DNA of 64,000 bases, taken from contig NC_043001.1 in the NCBI RefSeq assembly GCF_006345805.1, forward strand, positions 5,890,001 through 5,954,000, read 5' to 3'. The notes beneath the pieces were generated by a model. It did not search any database. It was given only the letters and a program-made list of their open reading frames with translations, and was not told the DNA's origin. Positions within the stretch are counted from its first letter, which is position 1. Each line of letters begins with the position of its first letter. Made by a program: the position numbers and the translations under genes. The stretch comes from Octopus sinensis (taxonomy: Eukaryota). Below are positions 26,542 to 41,219 of the stretch, piece by piece.

Positions 26542-27793
26542 AAACATCTGAGTTCTCCAAACATCTAAGGGGGTGATGTTACACTCCTGAGACATTGGTG
26601 ATAGTTCTATAAAAATAAGAATTAGGTAACAAATTGACTTCTGAAAGTTCTTTTAGTGTTGCACAGTCATATAATGGGTTTTAAAAAAGTATTTAAAAAG
26701 ACCTCTTAGTTTTCCAGAAAATGAAAATGACATTGAAAATGTAAATCCATCCATATTGAAGAAAGTTTGAAATATTATATATTTAATGATATAGCTACGA
26801 GCTCATAGGGCCATGGTTATTTTCTCTCTAAATGTACCAGGTTTGAAACATAAAGAAATAAATTAGTTACAAATAAATTTTCATTCTAATAGATTATATA
26901 GATAATTTAAATTAATTCTATCTAATTTTTAATCTAATGTAGGTAATCCAACTTATAGCAAATTAATTAATTAGTTAATTCGACTTCGTAGTTCTTTTAT
27001 ATACTACTAGTAAATATTGCTAATCCCATAAAAATAATATAACGTTTTTTCATTATGAAAAACAACTCACAATCCTTTCTTTTGATCCCTTAATGTTGTC
27101 CTAAAATATGCCATCGTATTATTAGTAGTAACATTAATGAATAAAGAAATAAATTAAATGACCTCCTTTCTAGTTTTGCACTGAAATCTGTTAATGTTTT
27201 TCCTATAGTGACAACCTTTGACTCTTCTTTACCTTCCCATATCCTCATTATATAGCAATTAACGATGATATTTGGTCAAGATTAGCTTTCCTCCTCAAAG
27301 CTCTTTGATTCTTGCAAATTCTGTTTAGTCAGTTCGTCTCCACTGAAGTAAACTACTCTACACAGTTGGACACTTACATCCCCTTCCCCTCTTAGTTACT
27401 CTAATATACCCTATGTGAGGGAATGTCTCCACGCTTCACTAACCCTCCTTCAACAAATTTAGCAGTTTGAAGGAATTCTCAGAAAGGTAACCAATATATC
27501 ATCACACATCAGGAAACATACTTTATTATGGACTAATTATGATACCTCTCCTCATATCTCCAGAATTCAAACTTTCTTCAATATGGATGGATTTACATTT
27601 TCAATGTCATTTTCATTTTCTGGAAAACTAAGAGTTTTTTTTAATACTTTTTTAAAACCCGTTATATGACTGTGCAACACTAAAAGAACTTTCAGAAGTC
27701 CATTTGTTACCTAATTCTTATTTTTATAGAACTATCACCAATGTTTCAGGAGTGTAACATCACCCCCTTAGATGTTTGGAGAACTCAGATGTT

Positions 27794-27882
27794 TTTCGGC
27801 TGATGAGTACGGGTCACTTATATTTACTGCAATATTTGCAGCCTTAATAAAGCTGTCTTCGTACGAAACAATTGTACCGAAA
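27794..27882 (+). ncRNA. Type I hammerhead ribozyme, intact core (right arm of the 26.4-27.9 kb inverted repeat)
   Basis: Helix I UUUCGG (27794-99) pairs with CCGAAA (27877-82); core CUGAUGA (27800-06); helix II GUACG (27807-11)/CGUAC (27860-64) with a long insert containing the hairpin CUGCAA-UAU-UUGCAG; GAAA (27865-68); palindromic helix III ACAAUUGU (27868-75); cleavage triplet GUA ending at 27876. Confidence 0.88.
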
Positions 27883-28392
27883 TATTGATCCATTCTTGTT
27901 GCGTTTTTCTTATTATAATCACCCCGCATTATCTTATGGTTAACACCATATAGGTTTCTGGTGCATCTAAGTTAAGTACCGCATTCATGTGAATTCAACA
28001 GAACTCACTTGAATCTTAATTGCTTTTATATATATATATATATATTCGTAATGAGATGAAAAAAACAAGGCTGTGTAGATTAGATTTTAGATCCTTTATA
28101 GATAATGTAAATATATATATATATATCTACAAATGGTCTAAAATCTACACGGCCTTGTTTTTTTTTATCTCAATACGAACAAACAATTATATACACACGC
28201 GGACATAAGGCCAACGTTGAACCCCTTATTTGCATAATCACCGAACCTGGAACTTAACTATGATCTCTGTATAGCACTTATTCAGCAATACCTGACGCCT
28301 TTGGGTCTCAATGACACCATCACCTCTCATAACCTCTCGCTCTCTCTGTCTCTGTCTCTCTGTCACTCTGTCTCTCTGTCTATCTGTCTCTC

Positions 28393-28477
<85 letters not shown>

Positions 28478-30138
28478 GGAAGATGCATATATATTTCTGG
28501 TTCGTTATTTACAATATATCAATGTAAATAGATTATATTTGAAGCGACAGAAAAAAGATGGAGCAACAGAGTAGAATAATAAATGTAGTTTCGACTGGTT
28601 GCATTCTGCAGAGACAATTTCCTATGCATTTTACTTCTTGCACATACATGTTACGGTGTCTCTGATAAAGCGAAGGATAAGATGGTTCAAGAAAATTTGA
28701 CATTAATATGATATAAAATACTGAAATTATAGCGAGTTAAAAAAAATAGCAATATTTGGAGGTATTTAAATGTTACGAAAATAGAATTATATGAGAAAGC
28801 CTGGAGTAAAATAAATAAAATATATTAAGAATGGAAAGCAAAAGTTTACAAGTGACTTATAAATGGCAAATTCATGTGTGGCATTTGAAGAATGAAGAAA
28901 AAAGTTTTGAAATACACTTTTTTATAAAACAAAAGTCCATTAATATCATGAAATATAAAGACGTTTGGAAGACAAATAATAGAAATGGAAACTTATTGTA
29001 GTTGATCAAATGTCAGAAATAATTATCCGTGACAAATATGTACACACACACGCACGCACACAAAAACACACATACACTCATATATGTATATATGCGTGTG
29101 TGTGTCTGTGTGTGTAATTGTGTGTGTGTGTAGCTATATCCTCAGTTATATTTAGTCAAATTAGTAAACAATTCCTTTTTGATTGAACTTGAAATAAGTT
29201 AAATCACTGACTTCTGGAGTTAAAGATCAATGCTGTAATGTACCTTTTAAGGTACATTTTAGACGCAGTAAGATATCGGTGTCGAACAATCCAAGGCGCC
29301 TTCAACAAAGAATTCAATAAAGGATGAAGGTGAGGAATTTGAAAATTATTCAGAAGCAAGCTCCACTCATTCATTAATATCAGCATTCGACATTTGCGTT
29401 GCCTTTGTCAGCAGCTTGAATTATTTTTTTTTATTTTCAAAGGAAAACGAAACCCAGATTCCTAGTAATCTTTAAAACTGAAATACAACAAATAAATTTT
29501 CGCTGAGAAAGCAATACAAATGTGATTACTTTTGTAATATATGCTCTCGGTCCCGACCTTGTAGATAAGTTGCGTTAGATCCAGTCAATCAGCTGTGTTA
29601 GATTCAATTAATTAGTTTATAATAATTACCTTATAATGATTTCTATAATTAACGATATACAATGAAGCCTAATACACCAGCATTCAACTCCGGTATGCCC
29701 GCAGCTGAAGTTATTCTCCTTTGATATGTACAGGAAATCTGTAGAGTAGACCCAATGAGCAAGTTACTGAAGTAGAGTTTTCTTTTTTGATATGAGGTAG
29801 AAATATCCTTTCAGTGTAGGGTAGGGATCTATCACATAGATATTTATGGCTACATTCATATCGAGAAACAATCACTTCCACATCGAGAGATTATCGCTTC
29901 GTTAATACGAAATAGGAGATTAAAATGCCGCAATATAGTATCGTTAAGCTGATTCTTCAAGACGAGCCCAGCCTTATATCTAGGGGCAGACAAAGAGCGA
30001 GATGGTTAGCTATTATTCATAATTACTGTGTAAAGATGTTTGCATCCCGTCGAACACTGTGCGGAATGTACCAGAGAAACCCCCCCCCCCCATATACCTC
30101 AAGCATAAGTGGATAGTGAAAATGAATGGATGATGAAT

Positions 30139-30294
30139 GGCGCAGGAGTGGCTGTGTGGTAAACAGCTTGTTTACCAGCCACATGGTTCTGGGTTCAGTC
30201 CCACTACGTGGCACCTTGGGCGAGTGTCTTCTACTATAGCCTCGGGCCGACCAAAGCCTTGTGAGTGGATTTGGTAGACGGAAACTATATATAC

Positions 30295-30368
<74 letters not shown>

Positions 30369-30590
30369 CGTGTGTGATTGTGTGTCTGTGTTTGTCCCCC
30401 TAGCATTGCTTGACAACCGATGCTGGTGTGTTTATGTCCCCGTTACTTAGCGGTTCGGCAAAAGAGACCGATAGAATAAGTACTGGGCTTACAAAAGAAT
30501 AAGTCCCGGAGTCGAGTTGCTCGATTAAAGGCGGTGCTCCAGCATGGCCGCAGTCAAATGACTGAAACAAGTAAACGAGTAAAGAGAGAG
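30139..30590 (+). mobile_element. SINE family A, near consensus
   Basis: GGCGCAGGAGTGGCTGTGTGG...GGTTCAGTCCCACTACGTGGCACCTTGGGCGAGTG...GAAACAAGTAAA. Confidence 0.93.
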
Positions 30591-32102
30591 TATGTAGATA
30601 TTGTCTAGGTTACGAGAATAATATCCAGTATGAGGAAGACTCGGCAAGAGAAATCTCTGGTCAAGGTACGCAAGCTACACGTTAGTGTGTATTAGGTAAT
30701 TATTATTTAGTTAACCATGTTGGTTATACTGATTATTGTTTACATTGCTTTCAAATAGTCATGCATTAACTTGTAGATTCTAAATGTTGACGATGTGATT
30801 GTATATTTGCAGAATAAATTGTAGCTTAGGTGGCCAGGTCAGGTCGATGAACATAAAACAAAGCATATTTGAAATGGATATTGCTGGTTTAAAAGCAAAA
30901 CCGTTAAAACAAATTTTAAACAAAACTCACAAATTTTACACACCTGGGAACATCGGAACAAGTTGTTACTGCCAAACGGAATTTTCTTGCTTATCAATGC
31001 AAATGTGACAGGAAGATTTCTTTGTTTTATAAAACATAACCTATCGTGCAATGAGTTAGTACGTCAAATTCCTTGTTAAGTTTACCAGAATTTCACGAAT
31101 GCATAATAAACGGGGAATAGCAATTCCGTTATTTTTCTTCAGTTAATCTCTTATTCCAATTCTTTTTTTACTTATAATTTACGCGTTTGCTCTGTACGCT
31201 ATGTAACACAAGAATTATAATTCAAATCTGCGAGTACAGACATTCCATTTCTTCCCTCCCCTTAGTCTGGAATGAGTTCCATTTGACATGAGTTCCATGT
31301 GGCCGTCTATTGGTGACGCTGGGAGGGTGAACACTTGCCATTTGTGTTCACACATCTACATTTATATTTTACAAACAACCTACAGAAATACGAAGGTGTG
31401 TTTTGTAAAGAAATAATAAAATGCAACTACCAAGACAATTAAAACAGAAAAATGTTATCTGCTGATTTATTCCCTTGTTTTATGTTTATAATTTTCTCTA
31501 ATTCTCAACACATGTGTATATACATACTCACATATATAAATATATGTGTATGTGTGAGAGTGTATATATGTGTTTGTGTGTGTGTGTGTGTGTATGCATG
31601 CATGTATTTGTGTGTCTGTGTTTGCCCCCCCCCCACCATCGCTTGAAACAGATGTCGGAATGTTAACGTCGGCGTAGCTTAGCGGTTCGGCAAAAGAGCC
31701 GATAGAAATACTAAGCTCGACAGCGAATAAGTTGTAGGGTCGATTTGTTCGACTAAAAGTGGTGCTCCAGCATGGCCCAAGCCAAATGACTAAAACAAGT
31801 AAATGTAAAAGTTACGGCTTGAAGTGCTTCATCTGACAATGGTGTTTCTGCTGTTCGGAGGAGTTGGCCTTTATTATCTGCAGTCATTTGCAACTATACA
31901 ATTGCATAAGGTAATGTTGAGCACACATATTATCACAGACACTTGCACAATCATTTATTGCATTCTGAAATTATTACCACATGTTGTAAGCTGAAAACCC
32001 GACCTAATCCAACGGAAGTCACGTCGTTAAATAACTATATATTCACTTCTCAAACATCGTGAATACAATACAATATAATATAATATAATATTATTTTATA
32101 TA

Positions 32103-32159
<57 letters not shown>

Positions 32160-32751
32160 TATATATATAATATATTCATGTACATATAGATTCGTATGTC
32201 TCGAGTTCATGTATTTGCGTGACATGTGTGTATGTGAGTGCCTATGTATGCATGGAACTATGTACGTGTTGTGTGCGCTTGTGTTTTCTTTATGACTAAT
32301 GCATATCAAATATCTATTAGTTATCTGTAACGATGTACTAATATTTGCTGTAGTTCATTTTTTCTCTGGGGATTTGTTATAAAGTCTAACCTTAATTCCA
32401 TTGTATGTCTATCTTTTCGAAATTTAATTGGCTATTATTGGCAAAATATCTATTGCTATGTTAAAATATCCCTACGAAATTTATACAGATATCTGGTTCC
32501 TAGCAACAAATGAAATAAAATGCCGAAGTGAAACAGACAAAATATTCCTATAGCAGACATAGAGATTAATAACATCTTTGAAAACTCGATTAAACGTGAC
32601 ATAGAATTTCACCTCTGTTGCACACACACAAACACACATATATATATATTTATATGTACACATACACGTACATACATATTACACATATCTATGTACATAT
32701 GTACATACATATATTTGGCATTACAAATTTTTTTTGCCCTTGTTTATAAGT

Positions 32752-32798
<47 letters not shown>

Positions 32799-33896
32799 TA
32801 TATATATGCATGCACACACACGCACATATGAAAACATATAAAAACAGGCAGGCTCACACAAACACACATCAGTTTAAAACCATGAATGCTGAATGAAAAT
32901 ATTGTAAGCTTGAGCGAAAATGATATGAAAAATGTAGAGAAATTACATGAGTAAATCTAACAAAAGATTCTTCTGTGTTGCCTGCGCCATATTGCCAATG
33001 AACAATAGAATTACTTTCATAGTTATTATACACAAGAATACAGGCGCAGATTCATACACTCACACACATATCAAGAGTTGTTTCGGATGTATTTTTTATA
33101 TCTCAATGTGCATGCGTGCATATGTGTAGACACACACACACACACACACATATATATGTTATTGATTGCATGTACAACAAGATTCAGCTGAATTATGGTA
33201 CTTATAACTAAAGCACTTACATTGGTTGGGGCAATTATTGCTCTGAGTGGACTCTGAGATGCGCTTTACATTTCCCCATCTCTACCCAACCAAGTGAACC
33301 CCTATTAAAGGTATAAATTCGGAAATATACCTCTCTTTTGTATCATACTTTTGTTCCCCACCCACTAAATCACTTTAATATGCATTGTCTTCACCAACCT
33401 TATTCTGCAGCAGGGCCCAATCGTGGAATCCCTAAATATGTATGTGCCATGGATTAAAAAAAAAATTTATTGTCCTTGACTATAAAATTCATGCATTTAT
33501 CTGAAGTAAACGGGTTTTTTTTTATAATTATGCAAAGCACACTTTCATCAATTAAAAAGTCGTTAGATACATGTGAAATGAATTGATACTTGTCTATCAA
33601 TTGTTACATTTACACACACACATATATGAACCGGCAATCAACGCACATATTATGCATTTCAGGCATTTTGACTACGTTCGTTCAAGTTGATTTAACCTAG
33701 AACAAACGTTTGTCTTATGACCTAGGACCGTTTCAGAAGCCTATAAAACTGTAAATAATATGGGGCCGAATAAACCCTTAATAAATAATATATACATAAA
33801 TATGTGTGTGTGATTGTGTGTCTGTGTGCGTGTGTGTGCGTGTATATGCGTTATTGTGCGTGTGTGTGTGTATCTGAGTATATATCTGTATATACT

Positions 33897-34097
33897 CTTT
33901 TACTCTTTTACTTGTTTCAGTCATTTGACTGCGGCCATGCTGGAGCACCGCCTTTAGTCGAGCAAATCGACCCCGGGACTTATTCTTTGTAAGCCCAGTA
34001 CTTATTCTATCGTTTTTTTGGCTGAACCGCTAAGTGATGGGGACGTAAACACACCAGCATCGGTTGTCAAGCAATCCTAGGGGACAAACACACACAA

Positions 34098-34132
<35 letters not shown>

Positions 34133-34160
34133 AAACAATACACCACACACACACACACAC

Positions 34161-34206
<46 letters not shown>

Positions 34207-34371
34207 TACGACAAGCTTCTTTCAGTTTCCGTCTACCAAATCCTCTCACAAAGCATTGGTCGGCCCGGGGCTATACCAGAAGATACTTGCCCAAGATGCC
34301 ACGCAGTGGGATTGAACCCGGAACCAAGCGGTTGGTTTGCAAGCTACTTACCACACAGCCACTCCTGCGCC
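33897..34371 (-). mobile_element. SINE family A
   Basis: Reverse complement of the full element, ending CCACACAGCCACTCCTGCGCC. Confidence 0.92.
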
Positions 34372-35491
34372 TATATATGCATATTCATATACATACGCGT
34401 GCATACACATCAATATACACTTATATGGTATATATTATTATATAAACATTCGTATATATACATAGATGGAAAATAGAACACTGAAAAGCTCTTGTTTAGG
34501 ATCACAAATGTCTTTCTTTAAAAGAGTGAGTATCAAAAAAAAAACCCAGGGGATATATGAATTGTATAGGAACCAGGATACCTAAATGTGTATTGGTCCA
34601 AAACGCCGACACACCCTCAGGATCGCTCACTCAGATATAAAATATGTGATTATACAGATGAAATAATATCTCATGATTTATCGGAATATTAACCGTTCAG
34701 AATAAATTCAGGGAAATGCATGCATATGCCTTACGTGCACCTGAATTTTTGAACATTATAAATTTTTTATTCAGGAAAGGGCCTTATATATACGCATTTT
34801 TCTCAAATCGCATTTTCAGTTTAAGTTTTGCATTTATAATTGCTGTTCTTCTTCCTCAATTTCCTCTCATGACTGACCAACATATAAGCAATTATTTTGC
34901 TTACATTTATCACGTGCAAAAAGTTAACTCTTCTTATGTATGTTTTTGCAGTTATTTAGAATAATTTTCTGGTGTTTATTACTGGGTAATTTCATATTCC
35001 ATCAATGGATATTTTATAGTCGTTTACTAATAACAGCAGGCCCACAAATCCTTATATCTGTAGTAAATAAATTATCAGCATGTTATATCCAACGTGGTGT
35101 AAGCACAGTAATGCATTCTAGTTTTATTTCTCTGTCTAGACTGGATAATTCATTTAGCCACCCGTTGAGGATACGGTAGCTTATTACTAGGAGAGACTTT
35201 GATATTGATGGACATTAATTTATGCTCTATTTTTTCTATTTCACTCTCTGATGTGCAATAATATAATGCATATATAATGTATAATACAAATGCCGTACAT
35301 CATATATATATATATTATATTATATTACATTATATCATCAGGGAGAGATCTTCTTAGAGTGTAAGAAATAGCCAAGTTCTTTGGCTGCCATTTCTAAAAG
35401 TTCGGCATGTGGCAATGGAATTTTTTTTTTTTGCTGAAACCTAATTATACTCATAATTAGTAAAGTTATATATATATATATATAATATATA

Positions 35492-35531
<40 letters not shown>

Positions 35532-36019
35532 TAATATATAGTATATAATATATTATATATATATATATTATATACATACATATATGTATAGAAACATGTG
35601 TGTGAGGGGAGTTGAATGCATATGCTTGTGTGGGTATTCGTGTGTGTCTAATCCGCTTATGTCCATAAAACCCTTGTCAGTGTTCCACGTCTGGTTTTTT
35701 CCTCCATTCACTTACCTAGAATGAAATCAGAATCGTTAATTAATTTTACGCTCCTCAAGACTTTCTTGCTACCTTCTTCTGAACCGAAGTCTCATGGAAA
35801 AATTCTAGAAGTAAATGCATTTACTTTCAATTGCAAATATTTTATTTGCTTTTAATCTTCGTTTGTGTTAAATTGTATCATAGGAAAAATAAATGTGTTG
35901 GTCGCTAAAGACTAGCAGAGATACCAGTGTTGCTTGGAAACGAAGAGGTAGCGTTTTTTATTCGTTTACTCGCTTCAATTATTTGACAGTGGACATGCTG
36001 GAGCACCGTCTTAATTGAA

Positions 36020-36540
36020 CAGAAAGAAAGAGAGAAAATGGAGGAAGGGAAGAGTGAGATAGACTGGGTGAGAAAGTAAGACAGTAACAAAAAAAAAAGG
36101 AAAGAAATAGGGACGGAGAAAGGGAGAAAGAAAGAGAAAAAGAGAGAGGGGGAAAGAAAGACAGAAAAAAGAAAGGAAGGAAAACGGAAGGAAGGAAAGG
36201 AAGAAAGAAAGAAAGAAGGAGAATGAAAGAAAAATGTAGGGAGACAAAAGAATGAAATAAAGAAAGACGAAGGAAGGAAGAAAAAGGATTAAAGAAAGAG
36301 AGAAAGAAAATATAAACAAGGATGGAAGGAAGGGTGGAAGTAAGGAATGAAGGAAAGAAAAAAGAATGAAGGAAAGAAGGAAGGAATGATAGAAAGACAG
36401 GGGGAGAAAGAAAGAACGATAGACGGAAACAGAGAGTAAGAAGGAAGGATAGAAGACATAGATTAGAAGAGAGGAACTATTATGGAGGGTGAGAGATAAT
36501 ATGTCATAAGGAGAAACAGAAATGGGAATCGGATGGAAAC
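36020..36540 (+). repeat. Polypurine low-complexity tract (GGAA/AAAG-rich)
   Basis: About 500 bp almost entirely A and G on the plus strand. Confidence 0.95.
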
Positions 36541-36574
36541 TAGTTTTCTGTAGAGAGAAAAACCCGCGTAAAAC

Positions 36575-36750
36575 ACGTTTTCCTCCGATTGCTCGCTGTA
36601 CGCGGCAGGTCTGGGAAAAAATATGGTGCATGACTATTGTTGGCACGTAAGCAATATGAGGGTGCAAAGCTTTTGTGAAAATCGGTTGAAAACTGTAGAA
36701 ATGCATAGGTATTACACACACAGACATCCTTTGTTTTATATATATAGACG
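36575..36750 (-). mobile_element. Possible non-autonomous Helitron-like 5' end
   Basis: The minus strand begins TCTATATATATAAAA, and GTGAAAATCGGTTG...ACAGACATCC resembles invertebrate Helitron/DINE-like termini. No 3' hairpin-CTRR was found. Confidence 0.3.
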
Positions 36751-37577
36751 ACGTTCAGGCGGAGATATGGCAGATTGTAAAACATCAAAATCTCGTCTAG
36801 TTCGTTCTGTCCTCAACTCACTTATGTCAACTTTATTGACACATGATTTCATCGACTTCTTTGGGAGTCGATAAAATCATATACTTGTCAAGTACAGCAT
36901 TCAATGAAAGGTAACTAACTTTTCAAAAAATTTTCCAGAAAGTTAAATTTAAATCTGGTTCGGGAAAACCGATTTTGCCATTTCTGCACTTCAACGAGAA
37001 GTTTAAAAGATATCTTCCACTGATGAGAGATTCTTCTGCCAAATCCGCCAGCATTGTGAATGAAGATTTTATTCAATGGCTGGTGGGTCAATGTCAAAAG
37101 ATAAATTTGCAATATCTGCATAATATATAACATGAAACTGTGAGCGTAGATTTATTGAGATTTGCTTTCTGCAGTTATCAGTGAAACGAAAGCATTAGCA
37201 TTTTGTATCATTGTGAAAGGCTATACGTCCTCCGCTACGCATACATTAAGGTTCGTGTAATGACAAGTTAACATTATTTACAGCATGTTGCAAGAAAGGC
37301 GAATATGGTTATCGAACGAATGTAAATGGAGGAAGTCATCAGCGGTAAAAACAAAAAGCTTTCCAACGGATTTTCTACCTTGGAAGTGTGGACAATCACA
37401 AAAGACGTTCGCTGGACCTAGGCTGGATATTAGTTCGGAAAGAATTGACAATTGGAGATGCTATCTCGATACGTTGGATATGGCAGATTTACTCTGGATT
37501 AGTATGAATTTTACCCTCAGTAATAAAAGATGGTCAAGGCAGACATTTTGTAGGTTTTCTAGAAATTTTAAACATAA

Positions 37578-38008
37578 GGCGTAGGAGTAGCTGTGTGGTA
37601 AGTAGCTTGCTTACGAACCACATTGTTCCGGGTTCAGTCCCACTGCGTGGCAACTTGGACAGGTGTTTTCTACTATAGCTTCGGGCCAACCAAAGCCTTG
37701 TGAGTGGATTTTGTAGATGGAGACTGAAAGAACCCAGTCGTATATATATACATATATATATATATATGTGTGTGTGTGTGCGTGTGTGTGTGTATACATG
37801 TATGTATGTATGTGTGTGTATATGTTTGTGTGTCTGTGTTTTTCCTCCAAAATAACTTGACAACCGATGCTGGTGTGTTTACGTCCATGTAACTTAGTGT
37901 TTCGGCAAAAGAGACCGATAGAATAAGTCCTGGGGTCGATTTGCTTGACTAAAGGCGGTGCTCCAGCATGGCCACAGTCACATGACTGAAACAAATAAAA
38001 GAGAGTAA
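37578..38008 (+). mobile_element. SINE family A
   Basis: Full head, internal microsatellite and 3' domain present. Confidence 0.92.
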
Positions 38009-38264
38009 AGTGTATAAGTGATTGGCTCTATCTTTTGGTGTTGATAATTTAGTTCTGCTGAATGCTAACGGATATTTTTGTGTTGTTACTTCCTAACAAT
38101 AGATGTTGTGCAAAATGCACGGAGAGACATGAAGACCTCTACATTCCTACGAGTATGTTACAACAAAGGGAACGGCGGAATTTAACTGTAGTAGGGCTAT
38201 GTCCTTTGTAGGCGATAAGCTCGAAATCTCTGAAGTAGAAAGTAAATAATTGCCAAACCAAATC

Positions 38265-38321
<57 letters not shown>

Positions 38322-39630
38322 ATATATATATATTATACCACATATGTGTATATATGTGTATGTACGTGTGTGTGTCCTAGTCTATGTGTGTCCAAGTTTT
38401 GCGTGTGCATGTGCATGTGCGTGAGTGTGTGTGTGTATGTATCTGTGTGCTTCTGTTTGTGTTCACCCTTTTCCATCATTTGACAACATTTGTAGGTTGT
38501 AAAATGGCGATCCTGTAAAACGAAATATGTTACTTGTTTTAAAAAAAAGACGGATCGGGTGAAGAGCTCTTTCTTGGAATAGTCCCTAAGATGACTATAG
38601 TCCTCTCCCAGTGCACAATTTTACTATCACCCACATATCATGGCTTAGCATCTGAAGACTGTTAAGCTAGTGTTTAAATAGATTTGCATGAAGTGTACGT
38701 TATATTTTGTCATACCGAATTAGTACTCACATATGCTGTTGACTAGAAAAAATATAGAATGTTCTATTCTAAATACTACTCAAACATTCTCCCCTCTTTT
38801 ATAATTTTATATTTCTTCGCATTTATCAAGCTATGATTACCATATTTTATCTAATTCCTTTGGTTATTTCACAGAAAATACACTTGCTGCTGCCTTCATT
38901 TTGTATGGTTTTCTTTCCAGAAGTATAAATATTTCATTACTTTCCTGAAAGACAGATTAAATATAGAACTGAGGTTTTCCAAACTTTCATTTATCTAAAT
39001 ATCTTCCCGGAGAACTAAGAATTTGCATAAAATTTGCTGTTACCTTCAAAAGCAAATCTCTAAATCAGAGAAGAATATATATATGCATATATATAAGACG
39101 AATAAGTACTGTTACACTAGCTTCCAGTAAGAATGGTGTAGAATTCGATTTCTCTCTATTTCTTTTTTTGAATATATTTTGTTTTCCAAATATATTTTTA
39201 TGTTACTTTTCTGTGTATTTTCCGTTCATTATTGTAAATCCTTTCCTAACATATTAATGATTCAGTATTTTCATACAGATTGAAATTCTTCAAATTCAAT
39301 TCACTGCTTTCCTAGAAATAACGAGAAACCAAAAAAAAACATGCACATCAGAAAATCTAGGAATATGCCAAAAGGGTGGTATGCTTTTCACATGATAATC
39401 AAACAGATTGATCGCACGAACACTCCGCATGAGTACGGAATATTTAAAGAGTAGATCGTGTATGCTGGCAATGGTTATATTATATATATATATTATATAT
39501 ATATATATTATATATATATATTATATATATATATAATATACCTATATATATATTTATATATGCATGTATATATACATGTAGATGTCGGTACGTACATATA
39601 TGTTTATGTATGCATATATTTTATTTATTA

Positions 39631-39674
<44 letters not shown>

Positions 39675-40859
39675 CATGCATACACGCACATTCTTATACA
39701 CACACTAACACAGAAACAGAGTATTCTCACGCAGAAAAGATTACAGTAGGGTTTACTTTGTAGTTTTAAATTTTCGTTAGAAACTTATTAATATATATAA
39801 AACCTCTTTCCACATGACATTTAGCATTCGATGGTGTTCCGAAATGCGGCGGGTATAATGGGCATTACATTAGTCAAACATGCTGGAATTTGGGGGACAG
39901 AATGATGATGAGAAACAAATAGATTTAGAATCTACAACTAGGAAAAGAAATGGGGTAGATAACGTCTATTGAGAAAAACAGACAGCAAATAAATGCTTTA
40001 TAACAACAGACAATTATGAAAAATCTCAATTTCTTCATAAGAAACGACTAATCACAGTAGACGTAAATCAAAAGTTGAATGTGTGGACTAACTGAAGGAC
40101 TCGAAAACCTAACTTCAAACTACTGTGCAAATACCGTTGTGTACGCCCTCAAACACCATGTTTTAACCAATGTACATGTTTAATCGTCAAATATAGACTG
40201 GAAAATATATAGACTTTTAGCTGAACGAGACCAGTAAATGTTTTAATGATGCAACTAACCTCCATGAAGGACGACTGTCAGGAAAAAGCAGAAATAGTAA
40301 AAACATGTGACAGAAACAATCATAGTATGGAGGAAACCAACAACGAGGCCATGGCAAAAGCAAGTGGCCAAAACTGTCAGTAAACATATCCCTTCACAAA
40401 GAAATCATCCAACCATAACGCTGGACCACTTCAAAACTATGAGATTAGAACATGCGAAAAAGAAGAGCCAGTCAGCTTGACAAGCAGCCAAAATAATTGG
40501 CCTTGCAGGCAAAATGAAGTGGCGACATTAACTTTATAACAAATCAGAACTTGAATCTAAACCTTAAAAATATCTATGTAAATAAAAATCTTCAGCTTAA
40601 AATAGTTCAAGCTCTAACCAGCAAGCTAGCAAACGTTAAAGCCTTTTTCACTACCCGAGCGTTAAACTAATGCATCCGTTTGTGTCTACACCACCTGTTT
40701 TCGTCTTTAGTTTTTTTGTTTATGAATTCTTCCCATATGCATTTCACTTACATAAACACATCTGTCTGCAAGCATAAATGATTCAGAGTTACACATACCA
40801 ATATACACTAAATTACGTACGAACAGAAGAAAAAATAATTCACAGTTGGTTTGTATTGT

Positions 40860-41095
40860 ACATCCGCGAAGGTATCACGACGTTAACCTTGTTATCGAAC
40901 TCGATCTCGGTGTATGACACACTCATAGTACATCTAAAGCAACATGATATAGTGATATGCACAAAATATCGTCCACCTGATGCCACAAATCATGATGGAA
41001 TGTTTGAGGAAAGCCTCAGTGCGATAAAGGACGTACTATCACAATTGGATCAACGTACTACTATATTCCTCATGGGTGACTTCAACGTCCTATAG
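40860..41095 (+). pseudogene. Apurinic-like endonuclease fragment of a CR1/L2-type LINE
   Basis: ORF 40778..41095 contains IVICTKYRPPD and IFLMGDFN, diagnostic of LINE EEP endonucleases; it stops immediately after GDFN. Confidence 0.82.
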
Positions 41096-41158
41096 CCTCC
41101 GGATGACCAAGACATCTGAGTGGATTTGGTAGACGGAAACTGGAAGAAGCCTTTGGCA

Positions 41159-41219
<61 letters not shown>

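Larger units (their letters stand above)
26420..27915. mobile_element. Fold-back cassette: ~350-bp inverted arms (26420-26771 / 27566-27915) around a ~800-bp spacer; probably a PLE-derived non-autonomous element
   Basis: The arms are reverse complements with only a handful of visible differences and each carries an HHR. The left end abuts a (TA)n tract. PLE pseudo-LTRs are known to carry HHRs and to occur inverted. Confidence 0.7.

Noticed and set aside
28229-28236. Octamer ATTTGCAT suggesting an snRNA promoter
   Set aside because: No snRNA-like sequence is recognisable downstream; a single 8-mer is expected by chance.
36011-36727. Longest ORF (238 aa, S/F/L-rich, looks like a membrane protein)
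   Set aside because: It is the antisense reading of the polypurine tract, which cannot contain stops on that strand.
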